Shown here piece after piece: positions 8,296-16,923 of a stretch of 64,000 bases of DNA. Origin of the DNA: an uncultured delta proteobacterium (GTDB lineage: Bacteria; Myxococcota_A; Polyangia; Fen-1088); assembly GCA_963758155.1 (NCBI GenBank), contig CAVWUP010000018.1, positions 173,026 through 237,025 of the forward strand. Direction: 5' to 3'. A program made the position numbers and the translations under genes. Positions within the stretch are counted from its first letter, which is position 1. Each line of letters begins with the position of its first letter. The notes under the pieces were generated by a model. The model had not been told where the DNA came from and did no database searches. It worked only from the letters and a program-made list of their open reading frames with translations.

Positions 8296-10380
8296 TCATC
8301 CTCCGTTTCGGAACGAGACCCGACAAAGCGTGCCACGCATCCCGGGTCCGGGCGCCGGCGTCTGTGTGGCAGCGACTCCGCTACCCTCGGGCACAAGCTC
8401 GATCCCCGCGCGCCGCGCGGCTCGCACGGCCTGGCCCAAAGTCATGCCGACAAAATCTGGAATGGCGGCATCAAGCTTGCGCTCAGTCGCAGGCTGGCCA
8501 TCGACTGCAGCAGCGGTCTGGTCCTCGCCTGAGGCGATCTCGGGCTCGTCCTCTTCTTGAGCCTCGCCAACAGATGCCACGGGCTCCTCGACGCCCAGAC
8601 CCTCCACCTCGTTGGCATCGGCTTCGCTGTGCCGGGTCGTCTCGACCTTCGCCTCGGCCTTTTTGGCTGTCCGCGCGGCACTGGTACCCACCGAACTCGA
8701 TGGCGGCACGCCCAGGTAGCGCAGGGTTGCTTCGGCAATTTCCTTGAACACCGGAGCCGCGACCACACCGCCATAGTGCACGCCGTGTGGCTCGTCGACC
8801 ATGACCGCGATCACCACGCGCGGATTGTCCGCTGGAACGATTCCGACGAAGGCGGCCAGGTACTTGCTGGGATCGTAGCGACCGTTGCTGACTTTCTGGG
8901 CAGTGCCGGTTTTGCCGGCCACGGGATAGCCGGGGATCGCGGCCAGCTTGGCCGTCCCATCTTCGGTCACGCCCTGCATGATGGTCAGCATGGTGCGCGC
9001 GGTACTTTCGGACAGCACGCGTTCTTCTGGCCGTGCGTCCGCCGGCAGCGGTACCGGCTCGCTGCGGCCGTCAGCGCTTGCCAAGCGAGCCGCCAGCTTG
9101 GGCGGGTGATACAGGCCGCCCGACGCGATGGCCGCATACGCGGTCGCCATCTGCAACGGCGTGACCGTCAGGCCCTGGCCAAAGGCCTGCGTGGCCAGCT
9201 CGATCTCGCCCCAGCGCGAAACCGGCCGGACGGTCCCTCGTCGTTCACCGGGCAAACCCACGCCGGTGGGTCGACCGAACCCCAGTCGGTCGATCATGCG
9301 CGCCAGCGTTTCCTTGCCGATGCGGCGGGCGATCTTCACGGTGCCGATGTTGCTCGAATACTTGAAGACCTCGGCCGCGGTGAGCACGCCCTTGGGGTGG
9401 TCGTCACGGATGTGGTACTTGCCTACCTGCATTTGCCCCATCTGGCAGTCGAAGCGGTCTTCTGGTCTCAGCTTGCCCACGTCGAAGGCAGCAGCAAAGG
9501 TCACCGTCTTCATGATGGACCCGGGCTCGTAGGCATCGGCGATGGCCCGGTTGCGCGCGCCCCGCTCGGCGGCGTCCGAGGGGCTGTTGGGGTTGTAGCC
9601 AGGCACGCTGGCCATGGCCAGGATCTCGCCGGTGCGCGGATCGATCATCACCGACGTGGCCGCCTTGGCGTTGTGCTCTTTGACAGCCTTTTCAAGCGCC
9701 CGTTCGGTCAGGTAGGTCAGGTACTTGTCCAGGGTCAGCACCAGATCCTTGCCCGCGCTGGCCGACGAATCGACTGTACCCTCCATGAGCAGATCCCGGC
9801 CGAGTCGGTCGTGGAAGCCGGTGACTTCCATCCCGCTGCCGTGCAAGGCTTCGTCGTAGGCCAGCTCCACGCCTTCCAGGCCGTGGCCTTCCAGACCCGC
9901 GTGGCCGATCACGGTGGAAGCCAGCTCGCCGTTGGGATACACCCGCCGGGGCTCCTTGCGCACGCTCACCCCTGGCAAGCCCAATCCCAGGGCCGCCGCG
10001 CTCTCTTGCGGCGACACCCGCCGTTTCACCCAGGCGAAGTACTGCGCTTTCTTGGATGCGAGCGTCTTGTCGAGCTCACGAGGGTCGAGGTCCAGCGCCT
10101 TGGCCAGGCGAGGAGTTGCGTCGGGCCCCAGCTGGCGCGGGTTGCAGAACACGGAATCCAGATCCGTCGTGGAAGCCAGCTCGGCCCCGCGTCGGTCCAG
10201 GATGCGGCCGCGACGGGGTGCGATCTCGACCTCACGCAGGTAGTTGCTCTCGGCCCATTCCCGTAGCTGCCCAGCTTCGCGAACTTGCAGTTGCACAGCG
10301 CGCCGGCCCACCGAGAAAGCGAGCCCGAGCAACACTAGGCCGCAAAGGACGATGCGCACGCGTGTCCACCGGGTCGGCAC
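8296..10380 (-). CDS. ftsI: FtsI-type class B penicillin-binding protein (transpeptidase) with C-terminal PASTA domain
   Basis: 694 aa with N-terminal TM anchor, a transpeptidase domain carrying a KTGTAQ KTG-box, an acidic linker, and a C-terminal block DFVGMTLGQAVRAARRAGIELVPEGSG typical of PASTA domains. The start overlaps the ftsL stop. Confidence 0.8.
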   Translation of the reverse strand: MPTRWTRVRIVLCGLVLLGLAFSVGRRAVQLQVREAGQLREWAESNYLREVEIAPRRGRILDRRGAELASTTDLDSVFCNPRQLGPDATPRLAKALDLDPRELDKTLASKKAQYFAWVKRRVSPQESAAALGLGLPGVSVRKEPRRVYPNGELASTVIGHAGLEGHGLEGVELAYDEALHGSGMEVTGFHDRLGRDLLMEGTVDSSASAGKDLVLTLDKYLTYLTERALEKAVKEHNAKAATSVMIDPRTGEILAMASVPGYNPNSPSDAAERGARNRAIADAYEPGSIMKTVTFAAAFDVGKLRPEDRFDCQMGQMQVGKYHIRDDHPKGVLTAAEVFKYSSNIGTVKIARRIGKETLARMIDRLGFGRPTGVGLPGERRGTVRPVSRWGEIELATQAFGQGLTVTPLQMATAYAAIASGGLYHPPKLAARLASADGRSEPVPLPADARPEERVLSESTARTMLTIMQGVTEDGTAKLAAIPGYPVAGKTGTAQKVSNGRYDPSKYLAAFVGIVPADNPRVVIAVMVDEPHGVHYGGVVAAPVFKEIAEATLRYLGVPPSSSVGTSAARTAKKAEAKVETTRHSEADANEVEGLGVEEPVASVGEAQEEDEPEIASGEDQTAAAVDGQPATERKLDAAIPDFVGMTLGQAVRAARRAGIELVPEGSGVAATQTPAPGPGMRGTLCRVSFRNGG

Positions 10381-10751
10381 TAGCGCGTTCCTTTCCCAGG
10401 CGCGGCGGATGCAGCACCGATCCGTCGGATATTTTCAGGGGCGGCTGGCTGCATGAGCAGCTGGTCCCGCGCGATGGCGATCACCCGGCTCGGATCCTTG
10501 AGCATCCCGATCTCGATTTCCAGGTGACGCCGCTGCTCGGCGAGTTCGCGGTGAACACGTTCCGCCTCGCCGAGCGCCAGCGCGACTTCTAGACGTTTGG
10601 CATGCACGGCGACATGGCCGAGGGCGCCAAGAGTGAGGCCCAGAGCCACGAAGGCTATCACAGCCAGGCTTGCGTGCCGTTTGCGTCGATCGGGCTGAAG
10701 CAATGCAGGTGCCGTTTGGGGTCGGGCGATGGGAGAGCGTGGCGAATTCAT
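10380..10751 (-). CDS. ftsL: FtsL-like cell division protein
   Basis: 123 aa single-TM coiled-coil protein between rsmH and ftsI. The start overlaps the rsmH stop. Confidence 0.65.
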   Translation of the reverse strand: MNSPRSPIARPQTAPALLQPDRRKRHASLAVIAFVALGLTLGALGHVAVHAKRLEVALALGEAERVHRELAEQRRHLEIEIGMLKDPSRVIAIARDQLLMQPAAPENIRRIGAASAAPGKGTR

Positions 10752-11692
10752 GAAGGCAGCCTTTCGGCGGCGCGCAGTTTCGCGGAACGGGCGCGTGGAT
10801 TGCGCGCGAGCTCGCCCTCCGACGCCGTGATCACGTGCTTCGTGAGAATCCGAAAGCGGGGAGCGTCGGGCGCGTCAGTGTCCCCTGATGCCAGGGCTCG
10901 GAACCTGCGCTTGACCATGCGGTCTTCCAGCGAGTGGAAGGCGATGACCACCAATCGGCCGCCGGGTCGTAGACAGCCAGGTGCCGCCTGCAGGAAGCGA
11001 TCCAACTCACCCAACTCATCGTTGACAGCAATTCGCAGGGCCTGAAAAACGCGCGTGGCTGGATCCTTGGTCGCCTCTCGCCGGGGAACCGAGCGGGCCA
11101 CCAAGCTGGAAAGGGCCGAGGTGGTGTCGAGGCCGCCACTTTCGCGCGCGCGGGCTATCTCGCGGGCGATCCTGCGCGCGAAGCGTTCTTCTCCGAGGTC
11201 ATGCAGGAGGCGCGCCAGCTCTTCCTCGTCCACGCGTTGTAGTAGGTCAGCCGCTGTCTCCGTTTGCGACCGGTCCATGCGCATGTCCAGCGGGCCGGAT
11301 CTGCGAAACGAAAAACCCCGGTCAGGCTGATCGAGCTGCACCGAGGAGACGCCAAGATCCGCGATACATCCGTCAAGCGGAAGAGCGTCGGCCTGTTCCA
11401 GCACGGAGCGAATTTGCGAAAAGGGAGCGTGGACCAGTCGGACCCGGTCCTCATGAGATGCTAGGTTGTCTTTCGCCAGCGCGAGCACTTCGGCGTCCCG
11501 GTCGATGCCGACAACTCGACCGTGGGGAGCAGACCGGTCGAGGATCGCGCGCATGTGCCCACCAAGCCCAACCGTGGCGTCGCAGTAGCAGCCCGAGTCC
11601 CTCGGACACAGGAAGCTCATCGCCTCTTCAACGAGGACTGGAAGGTGCGGAGCGTCAGCGGAGCTTTGGATCATTGGCACCGGTGGACTCAT
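10748..11692 (-). CDS. rsmH: RsmH (MraW), 16S rRNA m4C1402 methyltransferase
   Basis: 314 aa with YCDATVGLGGH SAM-binding motif. It is the first gene of the dcw cluster here. Confidence 0.85.
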   Translation of the reverse strand: MSPPVPMIQSSADAPHLPVLVEEAMSFLCPRDSGCYCDATVGLGGHMRAILDRSAPHGRVVGIDRDAEVLALAKDNLASHEDRVRLVHAPFSQIRSVLEQADALPLDGCIADLGVSSVQLDQPDRGFSFRRSGPLDMRMDRSQTETAADLLQRVDEEELARLLHDLGEERFARRIAREIARARESGGLDTTSALSSLVARSVPRREATKDPATRVFQALRIAVNDELGELDRFLQAAPGCLRPGGRLVVIAFHSLEDRMVKRRFRALASGDTDAPDAPRFRILTKHVITASEGELARNPRARSAKLRAAERLPS

Positions 11693-12052
11693 CGCGTCTC
11701 AATGCGCGGTGCAGAAGGCGCAATGACTAGTCGATTTGGCGGAATACCAAGGAGAGTCGATGGGTTGATTGATGGACGATACAGACGCGTCCAATGATCC
11801 CGCCCGAGTCATCCGTGTCAAGTTTTGAGACCAAGATTTCCCTAATAATTGCGCAGAGATTGCTTAGTCGATAGGGGATTGTCCAAGCCGCCAGCCCGAA
11901 TCGGATCTGACTATTTTCTTTCTTCTGCTGAGTATGCTGGATCACAGCAAGTTGTTTGGGAAAATCCTCTAACCATGCTTGACTAAAGGACTCTTTTGCG
12001 CGATAACGCGGATTCAAGGCAGGGCACGAGCCAGGAGAAGGAGCGGTTGCCA
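11693..12052. promoter_or_regulatory. AT-rich (~50% GC) divergent intergenic region upstream of the dcw cluster, occupying the position where mraZ is expected
   Basis: 360 bp of conspicuously low GC between the rsmH start and the Fic-like gene start. No MraZ-like ORF in any frame. Likely holds the dcw promoter(s). Confidence 0.4.
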
Positions 12053-12820
12053 ATGGAAGCTAGGTTGTTCGAGCTGGACGCCAAGATGGATTCACTCCGC
12101 GCGAAGGTCGGAGCGTTTCCGGATCGTTTGAAGAAGGACTACGAGAGCAAGCTCGATGTCTCATGGATCTTCCACGACAACGCCTTGGAAGGGGTCGTGC
12201 TTTCCTATTCGGAGCTGAAGGCCGCCATCGACCAGCGGATCATCAGCGACGTATCCCTCATCCCGATGTACGAAGAGGTGAAGAACCACAAGCTGGCGGT
12301 CGACTTCATCCGCGAAACCGCGCTGTCAAAGAAGGCCCCCGCCGTAGACCTGGACTTCATCCGCAAGCTCTACGCCATGGTCACGCCAGACGCGGTTCCC
12401 AAAGGGTGTCCCTATCGCAAGGAGAACCCGCTCCACCGCCTCTACTACCATGAGATCGTTCCGCCCGAGAAGATCGGGTACAAGATGCGCAAGCTGGCGG
12501 AATGGTTGGAAACGGATGAGTTCACACGCATGCACGCTGTCGTGCAATGCGTAAAACTTCAATTCCGCTTGCTCCAGGCGTACCCGTGGACTCGCAATTC
12601 GGGCAAGGTGGCGCGTCTGCTGACCAACTACATCCTTCTGCGGAGTGGATATGTGCCTGCCGTGGTCCACTCCATTGATCGGCAGCGCTATTACGAGGTT
12701 CTGCGCCATGAGAACGATGGCCTCATGACCCTGATCGTGGAGTCGCTGGAAAACAGCATCGACACCACGGCTAGGTTCTTCGACGAGCTTTCCGGCCTGC
12801 GCGTCCGCTGCGCGAGCTAG
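12053..12820 (+). CDS. Fic/Fido-fold protein with degenerate active-site motif
   Basis: Fic-like N-terminal IFHDNALEGVVLSYSELKAAI region. The HPFx[DE]GNGRxxR motif is replaced by YPWTRNSGKVAR, so the catalytic His is lost. ATG at 12053 has a GGAG Shine-Dalgarno. The ORF track starts further upstream at 11996. Confidence 0.55.
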   Translation: MEARLFELDAKMDSLRAKVGAFPDRLKKDYESKLDVSWIFHDNALEGVVLSYSELKAAIDQRIISDVSLIPMYEEVKNHKLAVDFIRETALSKKAPAVDLDFIRKLYAMVTPDAVPKGCPYRKENPLHRLYYHEIVPPEKIGYKMRKLAEWLETDEFTRMHAVVQCVKLQFRLLQAYPWTRNSGKVARLLTNYILLRSGYVPAVVHSIDRQRYYEVLRHENDGLMTLIVESLENSIDTTARFFDELSGLRVRCAS

Positions 12821-12893
12821 TGCCTCCGGTCCGTTTCGGCCCGGGATTCGTCCTTCCTCTTTGCCGGGCAGGGCGCTATAAGCCCGCTCACCC

Positions 12894-13604
12894 ATGAAGA
12901 CCAGCAAGGGCAACGATGCTCTCAAGCAGTTGGCGGGTTGCGCTGCCGCAAAATTCGTTGCCGACGGGATGGTGTGCGGGATGGGCACCGGTTCGACGGC
13001 CCGTTTTTTCATCGAAGAGGTCGGCCGCAGGATGAGGGAAGAGGGACTTCGCATCGCCGGAGTTCCCACATCCTTCCAGACGCGCCAACTGTGCCAACAA
13101 CACGGCATTCCCCTGCGCGATGCTCAGGATTGCCGGGCGATCGACCTGGCAGTCGACGGCGCAGACGAGGTCGATCCGGATCTCAACGTCACCAAGGGCG
13201 GCGGGGCGGCCCACACCATGGAGAAGCTGGTGGCCAGTATGGCCAGCCAGTTCGTGGTCATCGTGGACGAGAGCAAGCTGGTTCCCCGCCTGGGCTCCAT
13301 CGCCGACATCCCCATCGAAGTCACCGTTCCGGCCATTGGCTACGTGACCGATGTGGTGACACGTCTGGGCGGCCAGCCCCGGCTGCGCATGGGCATCAAC
13401 AAGGATGGCCCGCTGGTGACCGACAATGGCCAGCTTGTCATCGACGTGAAGTTCGGCCCCGAGATCGACTTGCGCGAGGTCGATGCGCGACTGCACCGCA
13501 CACCTGGTGTCGTCGAAACTGGGCTGTTCTTCGATATGGCCACCAAGGTTCTGGTTGGCATCTCCGACGGCATGAGCGTCCTGACCCTGGAACGCAAGAC
13601 CTGA
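12894..13604 (+). CDS. rpiA: Ribose-5-phosphate isomerase A
   Basis: 236 aa with GMGTGSTA and DGADEVD motifs and KGGGAAHTMEK, all characteristic of RpiA. Confidence 0.85.
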   Translation: MKTSKGNDALKQLAGCAAAKFVADGMVCGMGTGSTARFFIEEVGRRMREEGLRIAGVPTSFQTRQLCQQHGIPLRDAQDCRAIDLAVDGADEVDPDLNVTKGGGAAHTMEKLVASMASQFVVIVDESKLVPRLGSIADIPIEVTVPAIGYVTDVVTRLGGQPRLRMGINKDGPLVTDNGQLVIDVKFGPEIDLREVDARLHRTPGVVETGLFFDMATKVLVGISDGMSVLTLERKT

Positions 13605-13678
13605 GAACCGCAGCGGCTGCCAGCGCGGCCAATTGTTCTTGACGGCTGGCCGGCTGTCGCGCACTGTTGGGGCTGGCC

Positions 13679-13741
13679 ATGTTGTTTGCGACCACCCTGC
13701 TTCTCTCGGGACTGCTGCTTAGCAGCGCGGGAGAGGCCTGA
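13679..13741 (+). CDS. Putative Leu-rich leader peptide (MLFATTLLLSGLLLSSAGEA) for leuA attenuation
   Basis: 20-codon ORF with 7 Leu codons (TTG, CTG, CTT, CTC, CTG, CTG, CTT), located 115 bp upstream of leuA and followed by a terminator-like hairpin. Confidence 0.45.
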   Translation: MLFATTLLLSGLLLSSAGEA

Positions 13742-13766
13742 GGTAAGGCGCAGAACGACGAACCTC

Positions 13767-13801
13767 GAAACCCTCTCCCGCGGAAGCCGGAGGGGTTTTT
13801 C
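13767..13801 (+). terminator. Intrinsic-terminator-like hairpin plus U-tract (candidate leuA attenuator)
   Basis: GAAACCCTCTCCCGCGGAAGCCGGAGGGGTTTTTC forms a GC-rich stem with flanking A/U complementarity and a TTTTT run. It lies between the leader ORF and the leuA start. Confidence 0.5.
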
Positions 13802-13856
13802 GTATCTGCGAAAGGCCGTGGCCATCTCCGGCGGAAGCGGGGCCTGGAGACTGACT

Positions 13857-15533
13857 ATGACATTCGACGCTCGCAAATATCCTTCGGCGCCATCGCTGCG
13901 TCTGCCTGACCGCACCTGGCCTTCCCGCACACTGGACCACGCGCCCACCTGGTGCAGCGTGGATCTGCGCGACGGAAATCAGGCCCTGGCCGAGCCCATG
14001 GGCACGGAGCGCAAGCTGCGATTCTTTCAAACGCTGGTGCGCGTGGGCTTCAAGGAAATCGAAATGGGCTTTCCCGCGGCCTCGCAGACGGAATTCGACT
14101 TCGTGCGTGCGCTGATTGACCAGAACCACATTCCCCCTGACGTGACCATCCAGGTGTTGACCCAGGCGCGCGCGCATCTGATTGCACGCACCTTCCAGGC
14201 CCTGCAGGGTGTCCGTCGCGCCATCGTGCATGTGTACAACTCGACTTCGACGGTGCAACGGCGGGTGGTGTTCGGAATGGACCAAGCGGCCGTAAAGGAG
14301 ATTGCGGTGCGTGGCGTGCGACAGGCGCGGCAAGAAGCAGCCAAGCTGAAGGGAAGCGAGATTGTCTTGGAATACTCGCCTGAAAGTTTCACTGGCACTG
14401 AATTGGAATTTGCAGCGCAAGTGTGCGACGCCGTGGCCGAGGAATGGCGGCCCACCCGCGACCAGAAGATGATCGTGAACTTGCCCGCCACAGTCGAGAT
14501 GTCCACGCCCAACGTGTACGCCGACCAGATTGAATGGATGCACCGGCATTTGGCGCAGCGGGATTGCCTGATCATCAGCGTGCACACGCACAATGACCGC
14601 GGTTGCGCCATAGCCGCGGCCGAGCTGGCCATGCTGGCCGGTGCCGAGCGCGTGGAAGGCACCTTGTTTGGCAACGGCGAGCGCACTGGCAACGCCGACG
14701 TGGTGGCGCTGGCCATGAACCTGTTCAGTCAAGGCATCGATCCGAAACTGGACTTGTCGGACTTGCCGGCGTTGGTCGACGTTTTCCAGGCGTGCAATCA
14801 ATTGCCCGTTCCGCCGCGCCATCCCTACGCGGGTGAGCTGGTGTTCACTGCCTTTTCCGGCTCGCACCAGGACGCCATTCGCAAGGGATTGGCCGCAATG
14901 GACAAGACCGGCGCGACGACATGGGAAGTGCCGTACTTGCCGATTGATCCAGCGGACGTGGGGCGCCAATACGAGCCCTTGATTCGCATCAACAGTCAAT
15001 CCGGCAAGGGCGGCGTAGCCTACGTGCTGGAGCAGAGCCACGGGTATCGCGCGCCCAAAGGCATGGCAATGGAGTTCAGCCAGGTCGTCCAAAGATTGGC
15101 CGATGCAACTGGCAAGGAGCTGAGCGCGGAGGCCATTCTGCAGGCATTCGAACGCGAGTATCTGTCCGGTGGCCGCTTCGAGGTCGTGGACTTCACAGCG
15201 GAACACCCTCGCCAGGGCGCGTGCGTGGTGCGCGCGCGCCTGACTGACGGACAAAGGCCGCTGAGTGTAGAAGGCCAGGGCACCGGTCCCATCGACGGCT
15301 TTGTGCATGGCTTGGCCAGCGCGTTGGGTGTGGACGTCCATTTGGTCGACTACAGCGAGCACGCGCTGGGCGATGGCGCTGACGCCGAAGCCGTGGCCTA
15401 CGTTGGTCTGCGCGGCCGCGACGGAAAGATACGCTTCGGCGCCGGCCGCGACCGGGACATCGTCAAGGCGTCGCTGTCCGCAGCGTGCAAGGCGCTGGAA
15501 AGGGAACTGAGCGCGAAGGCGACGGAGAGATAG
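13857..15533 (+). CDS. leuA: 2-isopropylmalate synthase, long (actinobacterial LeuA) form
   Basis: The N-terminus RTWPSRTLDHAPTWCSVDLRDGNQAL...FKEIEMGFPAASQTEFDFVR is collinear with long-form LeuA of the Mycobacterium type. ATG at 13857 has a GGAGA Shine-Dalgarno. The ORF-track start at 13686 is a read-through extension. Confidence 0.85.
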   Translation: MTFDARKYPSAPSLRLPDRTWPSRTLDHAPTWCSVDLRDGNQALAEPMGTERKLRFFQTLVRVGFKEIEMGFPAASQTEFDFVRALIDQNHIPPDVTIQVLTQARAHLIARTFQALQGVRRAIVHVYNSTSTVQRRVVFGMDQAAVKEIAVRGVRQARQEAAKLKGSEIVLEYSPESFTGTELEFAAQVCDAVAEEWRPTRDQKMIVNLPATVEMSTPNVYADQIEWMHRHLAQRDCLIISVHTHNDRGCAIAAAELAMLAGAERVEGTLFGNGERTGNADVVALAMNLFSQGIDPKLDLSDLPALVDVFQACNQLPVPPRHPYAGELVFTAFSGSHQDAIRKGLAAMDKTGATTWEVPYLPIDPADVGRQYEPLIRINSQSGKGGVAYVLEQSHGYRAPKGMAMEFSQVVQRLADATGKELSAEAILQAFEREYLSGGRFEVVDFTAEHPRQGACVVRARLTDGQRPLSVEGQGTGPIDGFVHGLASALGVDVHLVDYSEHALGDGADAEAVAYVGLRGRDGKIRFGAGRDRDIVKASLSAACKALERELSAKATER

Positions 15534-15537
15534 TGCT

Positions 15538-15605
15538 ATTTCACCACAGAGGGCACAGAGTTCACAGAGCCGGAAGGGAACGGGTTTCGGAGCTTGCATC
15601 CGGCG
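15538..15605. repeat. REP/MITE-like element copy 2 (left arm intact, right arm degenerate)
   Basis: TTCACCACAGAGGGCACAGAGTTCACAGAGCCGGAAGGGAACGGGTTTCGGA immediately after the leuA stop. It overlaps the 3' end of the convergent membrane-protein gene. Confidence 0.65.
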
Positions 15606-15996
15606 GCCCCTCTGCTCTTCGTCGCAAGGCGCGGGCTGCGGCCCACATCTGAATCGACGACAGAAACGCCGTCGTCGCAATCACGCCAATTGACACCGGC
15701 GTGCGAAATTCCCCTCGGCCGGACAACAGGAAGGCCCCGTGAATTGCGCCCGCGCTGAGTCCCGCAGCTGCAAGCAATATCGACATCCACAGGCCTGACC
15801 GGGCGCCGGTACGCAAGGCTCCGAAGCCCCACAGCACCGCGGCTGCCAGCGGAACGTGCAGCAGAACGAAGGCCCCAATGCCGCCGGGGAGCCCAAACAG
15901 ATCCCATTCGTGCCAGTAGGCCGAGTCGATCTCGTGCGCGATCAGAAACGCGGCGTTGGCGAAGTACAAACGGCAAAGAAGAGTGTCAGTGGGCAT
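15562..15996 (-). CDS. Small polytopic membrane protein, hypothetical
   Basis: 144 aa from MPTDTLLCRLYFANAAFLIAHEID with 3-4 predicted TM helices. The last ~11 codons and the stop are encoded inside REP copy 2. The ORF-track 216-aa version has an Arg-rich N-terminal extension that is unlikely to be real. Confidence 0.45.
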   Translation of the reverse strand: MPTDTLLCRLYFANAAFLIAHEIDSAYWHEWDLFGLPGGIGAFVLLHVPLAAAVLWGFGALRTGARSGLWMSILLAAAGLSAGAIHGAFLLSGRGEFRTPVSIGVIATTAFLSSIQMWAAARALRRRAEGPPDASSETRSLPAL

Positions 15997-16019
15997 AGCC
16001 GCCTCGACAGTCGCTTGCT

Positions 16020-16805
16020 CTACCCGTGCACGGCGCGGCCGAAATCGCGCATCCAGGTCATCTCGTCTTCGCTCAGCGGACCTTTCTCCAGGGCGGCCAG
16101 GTTCTCGCGGACCTGCGCCACGGTCTTGGGTGCTGACAGGACGACGTCGACGTGCGGGCTGGTAAGACAGAAGCGGTAGCAGTCGCCAGGCGTGGCCACC
16201 CTGCCGGTCCAACCCTTGGGCGCGCGTAGCAGCTTGCGCCAGGAGGTCGCGGTGTACGCGACGATCATGGGTTTGCGGCGCTCCACGTGCGGGAAGATGT
16301 CGCTCTCGGCGCCCGGGTGAGCGGCGTTGTAGCGGATCATGAACATGGAAAGCGGGCCTTCCTCGGCGAGCCGGCCCACCAGCTTGCGGTCGTGCGTGGA
16401 GATCCCGATGGCGCGAACCTTGCCCTCGTCGCGCAGCTTCACCATCTCGGCAAGCACGGATCTCGATAGCAGCGACATTCGGTTCACCCAGAAAACTTGC
16501 AGCACGTCGATGTAGTCGCCGCCGCTCGCGCGCAAAGCCTTTTCAGTGGCGCGGCGAACGGAGCCGGCGAAGTAGCCGAAAATGGGGCCAGTGGCCAAGA
16601 CGTACTTCTCGCGGCTGGGGGCGACGACGTCTTTGACGATGGTCTTGAGAAACTTCTTCGCCGGGCTCCAGAAAATGTAGTTGGCCCCGCGCTCAAGTCC
16701 CTCGCGCACGCCGGCCTCGTCCAGACCATAGGAGGCGGACAAGCCATAGCGATGGACGCGTTTGCCCAAAACGGGAACGGTGCGATAGAGGAAGTCGTCG
16801 CTCAT
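16020..16805 (-). CDS. Aldo/keto reductase family oxidoreductase
   Basis: 261 aa with the AKR fold pattern (RAIGISTHD, NAD(P)H-binding C-terminal region). Confidence 0.55.
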   Translation of the reverse strand: MSDDFLYRTVPVLGKRVHRYGLSASYGLDEAGVREGLERGANYIFWSPAKKFLKTIVKDVVAPSREKYVLATGPIFGYFAGSVRRATEKALRASGGDYIDVLQVFWVNRMSLLSRSVLAEMVKLRDEGKVRAIGISTHDRKLVGRLAEEGPLSMFMIRYNAAHPGAESDIFPHVERRKPMIVAYTATSWRKLLRAPKGWTGRVATPGDCYRFCLTSPHVDVVLSAPKTVAQVRENLAALEKGPLSEDEMTWMRDFGRAVHG

Positions 16806-16923
16806 GGCGCAATCCTAGCAGTTTCGCCCTGTGCCGCAGCCCCAAGCGGTGGCAGCGATGACTTTCCGGTGAAAATTGCGGCGAAGTTGAATCGCTGGTT
16901 ACATCTAATTAAGAGGTTCAAGC

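Noticed and set aside
11727-12053. 108-aa minus-strand ORF at the expected mraZ position
   Set aside because: It has no similarity to the MraZ duplicated domain and an odd composition. It lies in an AT-rich region where long ORFs arise easily, so it is treated as non-coding.
12326-13108. 260-aa minus-strand ORF
   Set aside because: Antisense to the well-supported rpiA and its upstream region. It is a typical high-GC shadow ORF.
13686-13856. Upstream extension of leuA (ORF-track start at 13686)
   Set aside because: LeuA homology starts at MTFDARKY (ATG 13857, with Shine-Dalgarno). The extension spans the leader ORF and terminator hairpin.
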